From contig CAVTJJ010000006.1 in NCBI GenBank assembly GCA_963735035.1, positions 416,001-480,000 on the forward strand: DNA of 64,000 nt, in the 5' to 3' direction. Both the position numbers and the translations under genes were made by a program. Numbering within the stretch: the stretch's first letter is position 1; each line of letters starts with the position of its first letter. Source of the stretch: an uncultured candidate division Zixibacteria bacterium (GTDB taxonomy: Bacteria; Zixibacteria; MSB-5A5; GN15; FEB-12). The notes beneath the pieces are model-generated. The model searched no databases and was not told the origin of the DNA. It saw only the letters and a program-made list of their open reading frames with translations. Below, one piece after another: positions 1 to 9,962 of the stretch.

Positions 1-771
1 TGGGCGTTTGCGGCCAACAAGTTTGCGCCGTTAGCCGCCGTTGCGGGTGAAAACAATACCGTAGTCGTTCCTTTGTCGATTGCGAACGATGACGGTGTTA
101 TTGCGATTGACATCCCGTTGAAATTTTCGGAAGGCGTGACTTTGAAGTCAGTGAACTTCGAAGGGACGCGAGTCGATTATTTCGATGCCAAACTTTCCCG
201 GATTGACAACGACAAGCATACAGTCGTTATCGGCCTTATCCACCAGCTCAGTCCTGTGGCGAAAGATCCTCTCACGGCGGGTGAGGGACCAGTCGCCAAT
301 TTGGTGTTTGAGGTCACAGATCCGTCCGTTACCGAAATCCGGATTGACAAGGACGTGACTTCCAGCCCGGCTCACGATCTGACGTATGTATATCATACGC
401 GGTCGAACGCCGGAAGCTACGCTTTCGACGAAGCCCACCCGGACTTCCCGGGCGTGACTGTCGCCCTTGGTACGGTGACGAGTGCTCTGCCGACAGAATT
501 TGCTCTGGAGCAGAACTACCCGAACCCGTTCAACCCGGATACCGAAATACGCTATGCTCTTCCGGTCGAATCCGATGTCGAGTTGAGCGTCTTCAATATC
601 CTGGGTCAGATGGTAACGACATTGACGAGTGGCAGAATGCCGGCCGGTAATCATTCGATTACCTGGCATGGCACCGATTCCGACGGTGCTCAGGTGGCGA
701 GCGGTATCTATTTCTACCGGATCTCTGCGAAGAATTTCTCAGAGACCAAGAAGATGATGCTGCTGAAGTAA
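1..771 (+). CDS. Secreted protein, cohesin-like domain plus C-terminal FlgD-Ig/T9SS-sorting-like domain (5' partial)
   Basis: Frame open from base 1 (WAFAANKFAP...); C-terminus LPTEFALEQNYPNPFNP...WHGTDSDGAQVASGIYFYRI...TKKMMLLK is typical of this domain. Confidence 0.8.
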   Translation, partial: WAFAANKFAPLAAVAGENNTVVVPLSIANDDGVIAIDIPLKFSEGVTLKSVNFEGTRVDYFDAKLSRIDNDKHTVVIGLIHQLSPVAKDPLTAGEGPVANLVFEVTDPSVTEIRIDKDVTSSPAHDLTYVYHTRSNAGSYAFDEAHPDFPGVTVALGTVTSALPTEFALEQNYPNPFNPDTEIRYALPVESDVELSVFNILGQMVTTLTSGRMPAGNHSITWHGTDSDGAQVASGIYFYRISAKNFSETKKMMLLK

Positions 772-825
772 GTCTGATCCGGCTTTAGCCGGTTCCGATT
801 AGTTGTGTGTTCAATAAAGCTTGGA

Positions 826-858
826 AGGCTCTTCCCGAGTACCGGGGAGAGCTTTCTG
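826..858. terminator. Probable intrinsic terminator between convergent genes
   Basis: Hairpin AAGGCTCTTCCC-gagtacc-GGGGAGAGCTTT. Confidence 0.55.
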
Positions 859-935
859 ATGTCTGGCCTACAAATTGACATCGAACGAGCTTCGTACCGT
901 ATTCCCCCGAAAAGGCTTATTCTCGACTGAAGAGG

Positions 936-1967
936 CTATCTGACTGCAATCGGTTCGATTTCCTCATCACTGGCCGGTTCCACAGTTAATTCATCGCTGT
1001 GGCCGTCGGAGACACGCCTGGCGATTACCTTGACCGACGGCAGACGACGGGACGACGAATATCGAGCGGTAACAGCGGCGGCCAGACGAAGGTTCTGCTC
1101 TGAGGCTGCTCCTACCAGCACGGTAAGGGGAGAGGCCACGTCAGCGAGCTCAAGACTGTAATGCTGGCTCTTGAGCAAGGAAGTCAGGGTGCGGTTCTCA
1201 GTTTCGTTCCGGCCTACTATGATCTTGGTGGAGTCGTCCAGTCGGAAGTGGCGCCCCGTCTTCAGGAGATTCAGATCGTCGAAAGTCATGTAGTCCGTGT
1301 GCTCCAGAAGGTCACGCAAACGTATTGAGTAGCTGTGATCGGTAAGCAGGCAGCCGCCTGCCGGCGTGGGATAGTCCTCCAAACCCAACTCTTTCGCCAG
1401 TTCAATCTGTCGCTTGCGCGAGCGTCCTTTGATCCCTTCCAGTTGTTCCCGGTCTATCAGACCGTTCAGTTCGGCTTCGGTTGGGGGGAGAAGCTTCGCT
1501 GAGAGCGGTCGGAGCAGCTTACCTTTCACGCCGGCTTCTTTCTCAGTCAGTCTCAGCTTGTCTTTGACCTGGGAGAAAGGCCGCTGACCCATGACTTCGC
1601 CGGTTACTATAAAATCGGCGTTGGTCAGTTCCATGAGCGCTTTGGCTTCGCGCAGCATCAGGATGCGGCAGTCGATGCAGATGTTCATTTCCTTGCCGCG
1701 CCCGAATTTCGGATGAGCCACGATATCAACAAACTTCTGCCCGAGATGCATCAATTTGACATTGAAGCCGAACTTCTCGGCGGCCGGGTACGGATCGGAC
1801 CCGCACGAAGAACGGTCGCCCAGGTCACATCCGAAATGGGTCATGAACGTGATGGCAGTGACCTCGATATTCTGGCGCAGTACCAGAAGTATCGAGAGGG
1901 CGGAGTCAAGCCCGCCCGAGAAAAGTGCTATGGCATGACCCCGTCGGGCGCCACTCTGTTTATCCAT
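936..1967 (-). CDS. ThiI/MnmA-like PP-loop ATPase (tRNA thiolation-like) with DUF814-type C-terminus
   Basis: SGGLDS PP-loop, CIDC, TGEVMGQRPFSQ, PAGGCLLT, GRHFRL...IVGRNETEN. Confidence 0.75.
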   Translation of the reverse strand: MDKQSGARRGHAIALFSGGLDSALSILLVLRQNIEVTAITFMTHFGCDLGDRSSCGSDPYPAAEKFGFNVKLMHLGQKFVDIVAHPKFGRGKEMNICIDCRILMLREAKALMELTNADFIVTGEVMGQRPFSQVKDKLRLTEKEAGVKGKLLRPLSAKLLPPTEAELNGLIDREQLEGIKGRSRKRQIELAKELGLEDYPTPAGGCLLTDHSYSIRLRDLLEHTDYMTFDDLNLLKTGRHFRLDDSTKIIVGRNETENRTLTSLLKSQHYSLELADVASPLTVLVGAASEQNLRLAAAVTARYSSSRRLPSVKVIARRVSDGHSDELTVEPASDEEIEPIAVR

Positions 1968-2078
1968 TAACCTTACCCATTCTCAATCCAGGACTCCATA
2001 TGCCATTAACGCTGCCCGAAGGCCGAACGTTGGCCTGATTATACCCCTTTTTGCGCGCTGCGCAACGCCCGTTTAGGC

Positions 2079-2107
2079 TTGACTCCCAGTCGTCAGGCAC
2101 CTAGACT
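2079..2107 (+). promoter_or_regulatory. Sigma70-type promoter of mlaEFD
   Basis: TTGACT-N17-TAGACT. Confidence 0.6.
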
Positions 2108-2203
2108 GACCCGCATAACAGAAGGGATATCGCCATCTTTTACGGCATTGACAACGTCATCAAGCGCTGGGCTTACGAGTGCCAGAACCTCTTTTATTTC
2201 TCG

Positions 2204-2917
2204 ATGAGAATATTGGGGACTCTGGTGCGGCGGCCGTTCTATTTTGCCGAGACGCTGGAGCAGATGTATTCGATCGGCATCGGATCACTGCTTTTGGTGA
2301 CGTTGACGGGAATAATCTCCGGGCAGGCGCTTGCTCTGGCGTTTGCCCAAGAGCTGGCCTTCTTCGGCGCCAAGGACTATCTCGGCAGAATCGTCTGCAT
2401 GGCCATCCTTCGCGAACTGGGTCCGATATTGACCGGACTTATGATCGCCGCCAGGGTGGCGGCCGGCATCACTGCTGAAATCGGCTCCATGAAATCGTCG
2501 AATCAAATCGACGCCATGATAGCTTTCGGTATTGACCCTCTTAAGAAGATAGCCCGCCCCCGTCTTATATCTCTGGTAATTATGGTCCCCGTGTTGACGA
2601 TCATCTGTGACGCCCTCGCCATCACCGGAGGCTGGGTCGTGGGACGGTTCATCGGCCACGTGACCACTACGATGTACTGGTCCCAAGTGATGTTGAAACT
2701 CAATTACGGCAATATCCTGATGGGGTTGTTCAAACCGTTCTGCTTTTCCTTCGTGATTGCCTTTATCTCATGTTACTGCGGGTTCACTTCCGCGGGCGGC
2801 ACCAAGGGGGTCGGCCGGGCTACGACTAATTCGGTGATGTTTACCTCGATCGTGATCCTGATTGTGAACTTCTTCATTACGAAAATCATCGGTAGTCTTA
2901 TGAAGGGGTACTTTTGA
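2204..2917 (+). CDS. mlaE: MlaE family ABC transporter permease (true start probably upstream, near 2135)
   Basis: LRELGPILTGLMIAARVAAGITAEIGSMK...QIDAM; GGTKGVGRATTNSV. Confidence 0.9.
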   Translation: MRILGTLVRRPFYFAETLEQMYSIGIGSLLLVTLTGIISGQALALAFAQELAFFGAKDYLGRIVCMAILRELGPILTGLMIAARVAAGITAEIGSMKSSNQIDAMIAFGIDPLKKIARPRLISLVIMVPVLTIICDALAITGGWVVGRFIGHVTTTMYWSQVMLKLNYGNILMGLFKPFCFSFVIAFISCYCGFTSAGGTKGVGRATTNSVMFTSIVILIVNFFITKIIGSLMKGYF

Positions 2918-3693
2918 TCGAGTTACAGGCCGTAAACTTCTCGTACTGGGACAAACAAGTCCTCAAGAATGTCTCGTTCCGCGTGGATGACGCCGAGATG
3001 GTTGTCATTATGGGTCCGTCCGGGTCCGGCAAATCCACGATTCTGCGTCTGCTCCTCGGCCTGGAAATCCCGCAATCGGGCCGGGTGCTGATAGACGGTC
3101 AAAACATCAGCGCGATGAAGGAGCTTCAGAAGCAGGAAATCAGGAAGCGGATGGGCATGGTCTTTCAGGACGGCGCCCTGTTCGACTCTATGACGGTCGG
3201 TGAAAATGTCGGCTACTACCTGCTGGAACATACCGAGATGACCTGGCCGGACATTTCCCGGAAGGCGCACGAGATGCTCGGGTTTGTGGGCCTTGAGGCC
3301 GACGAGATCGGCGACAAGCTGCCTGAAGAATTGTCGGGCGGAATGCGACGCCGGGTGGCGATCGGTCGCGCGTTGCTTTCGACCAACCCGAAAGTCATGC
3401 TCTACGATGAGCCGACCACTGGTTTGGACCCGCATGCCAGCGAAACGGTCCTGAGGCTCATCTCGAAACTCCATAATGAAAAATCGATTTGTTCCATCGT
3501 TGTCACTCACCAGATAGCGGACGCTCTGGAGCTCGCGGATCGATTCGTGGTAATCGATGACGGCGAAGTCGCTTTCGACGGATCTCTGGAGGAGCTGAGA
3601 ACTTCCACTGATCCGAGAGTCATCGACTTCCTGGAACCTTTCCGGGTATCGTATGGACGGGTGGCGAAGAAACGTTTCGTCGGGTTAGATTAG
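2914..3693 (+). CDS. mlaF: MlaF family ABC ATP-binding protein
   Basis: GPSGSGKS, FQDGALFDSMTV, LSGGMRRRVAIGRAL, YDEPTTGLDP. Confidence 0.9.
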   Translation: MIELQAVNFSYWDKQVLKNVSFRVDDAEMVVIMGPSGSGKSTILRLLLGLEIPQSGRVLIDGQNISAMKELQKQEIRKRMGMVFQDGALFDSMTVGENVGYYLLEHTEMTWPDISRKAHEMLGFVGLEADEIGDKLPEELSGGMRRRVAIGRALLSTNPKVMLYDEPTTGLDPHASETVLRLISKLHNEKSICSIVVTHQIADALELADRFVVIDDGEVAFDGSLEELRTSTDPRVIDFLEPFRVSYGRVAKKRFVGLD

Positions 3694-3709
3694 AAAATCA
3701 ACTGAGGAT

Positions 3710-4651
3710 GTGAGTATGCGCAGATCAGCAAAAATAAAATGGGGTACGGTGCCGGTCGGCCTGATTATCATGGGAGCGATCGTCATTCTGATCTATTCCT
3801 CGATGACCGGTGGTGGAACCTCGATATTCCAGCAGAAGGTCAACTTCGTTTGTTACTTCGAGAATGTGAACGGTTTGGTCAGGGGCTCACCCGTCTGGAT
3901 GTCCGGCGTTGAAGTGGGCAACGTGACCGGTTTGGAATTCGACATTGGTGATTCTCTTCGGCAGGTGAAGGTCTACTGCCGGGTTACGAATGAAATCCAT
4001 CGCTTCCTGAATGTTGACACCAGGGTGGCGCTCGGGACGATCGGTTTTCTGGGTGACAAGTATGTCGAAATCTATCCGGGCCTGACTGGAGCCACGCCTA
4101 TAACGTCCGGCGCTGTCATTGTCAGCAAGACTGTCGGCTCGGCCACGAGACTGTTCGAAGCCGGAGAGAACGCCATGAACAACGCCGGCCGCGTGGTGTC
4201 CGGGATCGATACTTTGCTGACCCGTGTCAATCGAGGTGAAGGTTCGCTTGGTCAACTGGCCTCGAACGATACGCTCTACGTGCAGTTGACCGCTTTGCTG
4301 GCCAACCTGACGAAGATAACGGCGTCGCTGCAGAAGAACCAGGAATCGCTTATTGAATCGGTCCGGCACATGTCGCAGTCGGTTGGTGATCTGGCGGTGC
4401 AGGTGAAAGACGACAAGGGCACGTTGGGTAAATTGATTGCCGAACCGGGGCTGTACAACAATCTGAATGCAACTTCGGCCCGGTTGGATTCGATTCTGAC
4501 GAAGATAGATCGATCCGACGGCAGCGCGGGCAGGCTGGTCAACGACACCGGTCTCTATGTCGAGTTGACAAATCTGCTGGCGCGGGCGAATTCGCTGATT
4601 ACGGACATCGAGAAGAACCCGAGGAAGTACTTCAAGTTTAGTGTGTTCTAG
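3710..4651 (+). CDS. mlaD: MCE/MlaD family protein with long helical C-terminus
   Basis: N-terminal TM, NVNGLVRGSPVWMSGVEVGNV, GFLGDKYVEI, DIEKNPRKY end. Confidence 0.9.
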   Translation: MSMRRSAKIKWGTVPVGLIIMGAIVILIYSSMTGGGTSIFQQKVNFVCYFENVNGLVRGSPVWMSGVEVGNVTGLEFDIGDSLRQVKVYCRVTNEIHRFLNVDTRVALGTIGFLGDKYVEIYPGLTGATPITSGAVIVSKTVGSATRLFEAGENAMNNAGRVVSGIDTLLTRVNRGEGSLGQLASNDTLYVQLTALLANLTKITASLQKNQESLIESVRHMSQSVGDLAVQVKDDKGTLGKLIAEPGLYNNLNATSARLDSILTKIDRSDGSAGRLVNDTGLYVELTNLLARANSLITDIEKNPRKYFKFSVF

Positions 4652-4662
4652 GGGGAGTATAC

Positions 4663-5466
4663 ATGTTCGATAAGTACTTCGTAAGAAAGCACATCGAAGG
4701 TGTTCTCAAAGGGCTGAGGCAAGTCGATCTTAGCAAGTCCGGCGTCGAGGATCTACTTGGGTGGAAGCGGACCGCAGAGGGCGCCGTTCAAGAAGTGTAC
4801 GGGGCAGGCAGTGATCTGCTGGGCCGCTTGCAGAAATTGAACGTGGTGCCATACTGCGGATTGGACGGTTCCGGACATTTGGTGTGGACGGACGATGCGG
4901 CTCGAAAGAAGGGGGAAGATAGGGACGCAATTGAACAGATTGTGCTCGATTTCCAATCATCGGTGAATCAATCTGGACTACCTATCGGTTATCTGGTGCC
5001 TTCCAGAAGGCAGAAGATATCGCTCGTCTTTTCGTTTATAAGCGGTTCGGTTCTGACATTACTGGGTGTATGGTCAGCGTCCTTCATCTCGGCATCATTT
5101 GAATCATTCGATAAGAAGAGCGAGGCGGCCATTCTCTTGACGGACTTTCGGAATTGGTATGAAGCAAATGACGCTGAATATAGACTGCAGCTCGCACAAA
5201 TTACTTCGGATCAGGCTGCCAATGGCGCGTATTTATCGGGCCCAGCGGTAAAGCAGATTATTGACTTCTCCGAATCATTTCGAAGGGCACGCGACAACAC
5301 GATCGACTCTTTCAATGTTAGGCTTCGAGGTTTCGGGGTCAACACTGATACCCTGAATGTAAGAAGGCGTCTTCCAATCAGACTGGATCGAGAGTTGAAG
5401 CCTAGGCTAGATGCTTTACAGCTCGATCAGCAGGGAATTCAGAACCTCCGATTGGACACTTTGTAA
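4663..5466 (+). CDS. Hypothetical protein with one central TM helix
   Basis: 267 aa ORF with SD GGGGAG; more AT-rich than neighbours; hydrophobic segment ISLVFSFISGSVLTLLGVWSASFI. Confidence 0.7.
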   Translation: MFDKYFVRKHIEGVLKGLRQVDLSKSGVEDLLGWKRTAEGAVQEVYGAGSDLLGRLQKLNVVPYCGLDGSGHLVWTDDAARKKGEDRDAIEQIVLDFQSSVNQSGLPIGYLVPSRRQKISLVFSFISGSVLTLLGVWSASFISASFESFDKKSEAAILLTDFRNWYEANDAEYRLQLAQITSDQAANGAYLSGPAVKQIIDFSESFRRARDNTIDSFNVRLRGFGVNTDTLNVRRRLPIRLDRELKPRLDALQLDQQGIQNLRLDTL

Positions 5467-5529
5467 GCTTTGTAAGTCGAAACCGGTACCCCACCCAACG
5501 GGTGGGATTTGAGGCGGAGTGCCTTGCCC

Positions 5530-5743
5530 CGTCATGCCCGACTTGGTCGGGCACCCATGACCACTCGCGGTTGAATCAGATGAAGTGCTTACATGAGGGT
5601 CAGTCGCTGAATTGGATTCCCAAGAATGGGGGGCTCGCAGACGGACTCGCCTTACAAGGACAGGCGGAAATCAGTTCTCTTGATCACATCTCTTTGCTTT
5701 CCGGCGCGACAGCCCATAGACCCCCGACGCCTCGGGGGTGACG
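5530..5743. repeat. Cluster of REP-like palindromes (inverted CGTC-tagged pair around a GTAA-tagged hairpin)
   Basis: CGTCATGCCCGACTTGGTCGGGCA (5530-5553); minus-strand CGTCACCCCCGAGGCGTCGGGGGTCT (5718-5743); minus-strand GTAAGGCGAGTCCGTCTGCGAGCC (about 5632-5655). Confidence 0.65.
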
Positions 5744-5863
5744 GCCTATCGGCCGTCTTTCTTTGGATGTCGAACATGTCCTTGCGAAAATCCTATCCGT
5801 TGGGTGGGGTGCCGGAGAGTATTTCTCTTTGCGGACGATATTGTTCGCCCTGCTTGTCGCACC

Positions 5864-6598
5864 CTACTTCGCCGAATCACCACCCGCATTTATTATAATC
5901 TCGGTTTTCGGGCGTTGGGTGAGCGAATCGGGGTTGATGCCTATCTGCTTGAGATATTCATAAATAGGCGGAAGGCCGACCTCGGCCCGACGCAGATCCA
6001 CCCCGGATGAATCTTCGATTGGGTATAGCCCGAGTTTCCCGGTGGAGGGATCGTTCCACAACTGGGTGCCGTATTTCTGAGGTTTATCGCGACGCATCAG
6101 GATACGGTCCTGAAGCATCGCCAGGTGGGCGCGTTCGATTTCCCCCTTGGCCGCAGCAGCTTCAACCATCGGGAGGTACTTCTCCTGGATCTCTATCGAG
6201 CTGTGCTGAAGCACAATGAATGCGGCCATGGCCGCCTGATTCCCGACCAGTGACTTCCCGGGCCAGCCATTCTTGGCGATGATCTCTTCAAGCTGGGCCG
6301 TGTTGACGCTATCAAGAAGATTGGCGTCGCGACTGGCCGTCTGGCCTTCGGGCGAGCGCCAGCCCTTCTCGTTGATAATCGAGTCGAACCGATCACGCGA
6401 TTGCTGTTCCTGGTCCGCCATCATTATGAGCTGACGGATCAGTGCACCTTGTATCTGCTCCGGCGTCTTGGGTGGTTCGCTCTGCTTCTTGTCGGAGCAA
6501 GAGAGGAAGGCAGAGCCGACTCCAAAGAGGAGCAAGCTCAGGAGCAGGAGAGTCGGACGACAGAAGGAAGACGGATGGGAATTCATTGCGATATTCAT
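5864..6598 (-). CDS. DUF6624-type lipoprotein
   Basis: SD AAGGA before ATG 6598; lipobox FLSC; DSVN...IIAKNGWPG.SLVG, LQHS, AMLQDR, QKYGTQ, RRAEVGL. Confidence 0.8.
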   Translation of the reverse strand: MNIAMNSHPSSFCRPTLLLLSLLLFGVGSAFLSCSDKKQSEPPKTPEQIQGALIRQLIMMADQEQQSRDRFDSIINEKGWRSPEGQTASRDANLLDSVNTAQLEEIIAKNGWPGKSLVGNQAAMAAFIVLQHSSIEIQEKYLPMVEAAAAKGEIERAHLAMLQDRILMRRDKPQKYGTQLWNDPSTGKLGLYPIEDSSGVDLRRAEVGLPPIYEYLKQIGINPDSLTQRPKTEIIINAGGDSAK

Positions 6599-6628
6599 TT
6601 TCGGGTCCTTAAAGTGGTCTCTTAGTAA

Positions 6629-6760
6629 GTCACCCTGTGCTAAGCCTGCGCTGAGCTTGCAGAAGGGTGGTTGACTTCGTTGCCAGTCATGCTTCGACAG
6701 GCTCAGCATGACTAGTCCTTAATCTTCATTCGTCGGCAGATGTGGGCATCTGCCGGGCAC
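6629..6760. repeat. REP-like palindrome cluster
   Basis: GTCACCCTG...GAAGGG; inverted GTCATGCTGAGCCTGTCGAAGCATG; GGCAGATGtgggCATCTGCC hairpin shared with the 30402 tandem array. Confidence 0.7.
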
Positions 6761-6817
6761 GCCTACTTTCGGGAACTCCAAGAATCTTCATTGCAATTCC
6801 GACGTCACACTATACCC

Positions 6818-9098
6818 TCACACCGGCAGCACGGCCAGCATAAATTCCAGCAACTTCACTACGCCGATCTTGCCGCCGTCGCCGACTTCCAAAGGTGGCC
6901 CTACACACGACGGACACCCGTCCGAGCAGGGGCAGTGCGTCACATGGTGCAGGCTGGCTTCAAATAGTTGCTCCGATTCCGAATACAATTTCTCGGCGAG
7001 ACCGACTCCGCCCGGAATGTTCTCGTAAACATAAACAGTCGGTTGCTCGGTGAATGGCGCCCGGACCTGCGAAATCGACCGCAGGTCGCGCGCGTCGCAC
7101 ATCACCCAGAGCGGCGCAATCTTGCCCAAAATATTGGCCAGGCCGCGCAACGAGCCGCCGAATTGTGACCGCTGGAGCTTCAGGCGTTCCGGTATGTCGC
7201 CGGGGAAGGAATACCAGAAGGCGGTCGTGTGCATCTCCATCTCCGGCATTTTCAGATCGCCCGAGCCGATGTTCTCGTGGGTCTCGAACTTGATCTTTTT
7301 GAACATTACCGTCGTGCTAGTTAGGGAGACTTCGCCCACATAGCGGCGCGAGTCATCGAGAGTACGTTCTTCGTTGAAGATGTCCAGCACCTTGAGGTCG
7401 GTCTTGGTCTCGGCGTCGGTGTAGTAGTCGACCTTGACCTCTTTCACATACGCCTTGCGTCCTTCCCAGTCGAGATTGGTGACCTGGTACTGTTCGGCGC
7501 GGTGGAGATAGATCGCTTCGGGGTGAAGGAAGATCGGGGCGGAGAAATAGTCAACTTCGCCGATGACCTCGCAGTTTTTCGTTTCGTTCAGAATGACAAA
7601 ATTCTCCGGCGACGCTGACCGGAGCGAGACCTGTTGGGCCGGGTAAATTTCCGACGACCAATGATACCGCCCGGCGCTATGGCGCAGAATCTTCTCGCCC
7701 GCCAGGTAATCGAGAATCTTCCCGGTGTTGATGTCATCCAGGTACTCGTCTTCGTCGAATGGAAGTTCAAACGCCGCGCACTTGAGATGATTGGTCTTTA
7801 TGATCAGGTTGTCGGGATCGATAATTCCCGACTCCGGTGTGCGATCGGTGATGTATTTCGGTTCGGTGCAGAGGAATTGGTTGATGGCCGATGAATTCGC
7901 GACCAGAATCGTTAGCGACACCCCGGAACGCCGTCCAGCCCGCCCGGCCTGTTGCCAGAGCGAGGCGATTGAACCGGGATAGCCGACAATCACCGAAACA
8001 TCGAGCGAACCAATATCGATGCCGAGTTCCAGAGCGTTAGTCGATACAACTCCGGTGATTTCACCGGTTCGAAGGCCGTGCTCGATACGACGTCGCTCGT
8101 TCGGAAGGTACCCGCCCCGATATCCGGTGATATTGATTCCTGAGCCGAAATCACCCTTCAGCTCGCGCTGTAGATAGGTCAGCAGTATCTCTACGTAGAG
8201 TCGATAATGTGCGAACACAATGGTCTGCACTTTATGGCGAAGAATCAGCGCCGCGAGGTGGGCGGCTTCGTTGATCGAAGAACGCCGGATGCCCAGTTCG
8301 CGGTTGATCACCGGCGGATTATAGATAACGAAATGTTTCTCACCCGATGGCGCCCCGTTGTTGTCGACCAATGTCACCGGTCTGCCAATGATGCGTGACG
8401 CCAGATCGTCGGGATTGGCGATCGTGGCCGAACAACAGATAAACTGCGGATTCGAGCCGTAGAATTTACAGATCCGGGCCAAACGCTTTATCACATTGGC
8501 CAGGTGCGAGCCGAACACGCCACGGTACTGGTGGATTTCATCGATGACCACATACCGAAGATTCTCGAATAACTTAATCCACTTGGTATGGTGTGGGCAG
8601 AATTCCGGCGTGGAGCATGTCGGGGTTGCTGACCACTATGTGTCCGGCCGAGCGAATCAGGCGTCGGGCGGTCTGAGGTGTGTCGCCGTCGAAAGTGTAA
8701 GTCTTGATGTCAACTTCGAGCTCGGTGATCAGATCGTGAAGTTCGGAAAGCTGATCCTGGGAGAGCGCCTTGGTGGGGAAGAGGTAAAGCGCTCGGGCGT
8801 TTGAGTCGTTCAAAACCGTGTGAATTACCGGCAAGTTGTAGCAAAGCGTCTTGCCAGATGCGGTGGGGGTGACCACGACTACATCGCGGCCCTGTAATAC
8901 TTCTTCCACCGCCTTGGCTTGATGGGTGTATAGCTGCTCGATGCCCCGCTTTCTCAAACCGGCCACTAAGCGTCGATCTATATCTTCCGGGAAATCAACC
9001 AGTCGCGCCGCTTTGGGTGGGAAAGTCTTCCAGTGCGCAATGTTCCCCTTGATCTCGGGTGAGTCCCTCAGAAAATCAATGATTTGTTCGAGTGTCAT
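6818..9098 (-). CDS. MrfA/YprA/Hrq1-like DEAD/DEAH helicase with DUF1998 Zn-binding domain (frameshift at about 8595)
   Basis: TPTASGKT, DEIH, SATIANP, TNALELGIDIG, QQAGRAGR, CPCSDGCPSC; removing one base restores ILPHHTKWIKLFENL. Confidence 0.9.
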
Positions 9099-9140
9099 GC
9101 TGCCCTGCCGAAGTGTCGCCGGGGTAGGAGTGTTTCGTGA

Positions 9141-9683
9141 TCAGACCATGCCGGTAAGCTGCCGCTTACAAACGTCGCAAAATTTCTCCGACTTGGAATC
9201 AATGTCCAGCATCTCCTGGCTGAAATAGTTCACACATCTCGGGTTGCGACACTCGGTCAGGTCAAACAGATGGCTGAGCTGGTGTACGGCTTCTTTGTAC
9301 AGCCGAGGATACACTTTGCGTTCGTCTTCGGGAAGTCCATAGAACTCCTGCCGGATATAGTAAAGCGACACCACCGCCGTCCCGGACAGGCGGTCGCTCC
9401 AGCCCATCACGTACGTTTCGTCGGGTACATACAGGTCTTCTTCGCAGACGGCAATCACTTTCTCGCGGCTGTTGGCTTTGGTTCGCTCCAGTTTGGCCAG
9501 GACGACCTGTGCATAGTACTGACTGCGGGCGACGTTGTAGGCTTCCGGAGGGATTTTCATGCCCTTGAGGATATCGACCGAGCGGTTGAAAACCGGCCCG
9601 ATAGCCGAGGCCAGACGGTTGACCACCATGTAATCAACGTCTCCCAACGGAACGACGACTATTTTGGATCTAAGCAGTACCAC
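9141..9683 (-). CDS. Archaemetzincin (AmzA)-like protein with degenerate active site
   Basis: AYNVARSQY, EDLY, KEAVHQLSHLFDLTECRNPRCV, DIDSKSEKFCDVC. Confidence 0.8.
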   Translation of the reverse strand: MVLLRSKIVVVPLGDVDYMVVNRLASAIGPVFNRSVDILKGMKIPPEAYNVARSQYYAQVVLAKLERTKANSREKVIAVCEEDLYVPDETYVMGWSDRLSGTAVVSLYYIRQEFYGLPEDERKVYPRLYKEAVHQLSHLFDLTECRNPRCVNYFSQEMLDIDSKSEKFCDVCKRQLTGMV

Positions 9684-9698
9684 AGCCTCACCCCGGGA

Positions 9699-9890
9699 CT
9701 ATTCCGCCGTGAAAAAGCGCGACTTGCTGCCGTCGGGGGAGACGGCCACTTCCGCCTTAACCGCACAACGGGGGCACCAGCCTACGAAGGCGGTCCCGTC
9801 CCGGTTCAAGTAAATGCGGCTGTACTGGTTGCAACACTTGAAATGCATTCCGATAAACGGCCGTTTGGGCTCGGTCTTTTCTTCCACCAT
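9699..9890 (-). CDS. Small Cys-rich (Zn-ribbon-like) protein
   Basis: 63 aa; FKCC...YSRIYLN...GWCPRC; own promoter directly upstream. Confidence 0.7.
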   Translation of the reverse strand: MVEEKTEPKRPFIGMHFKCCNQYSRIYLNRDGTAFVGWCPRCAVKAEVAVSPDGSKSRFFTAE

Positions 9891-9898
9891 ACACTACT

Positions 9899-9927
9899 AA
9901 TATAGCTCGGCAGCCCGATAAGTTCAA
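9899..9927 (-). promoter_or_regulatory. Sigma70-type promoter, probably giving a leaderless mRNA
   Basis: TTGAAC-N17-TATATT, 8 nt before ATG 9890. Confidence 0.6.
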
Positions 9928-9962
9928 ATCATTTTGGCCTTGAAGGGAAAGCCCGGAGAACT

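Noticed and set aside
6599..6709. N-terminal extension MLSLSKH... of the DUF6624 ORF
   Set aside because: It is the translation of palindromic repeats; the SD supports ATG 6598.
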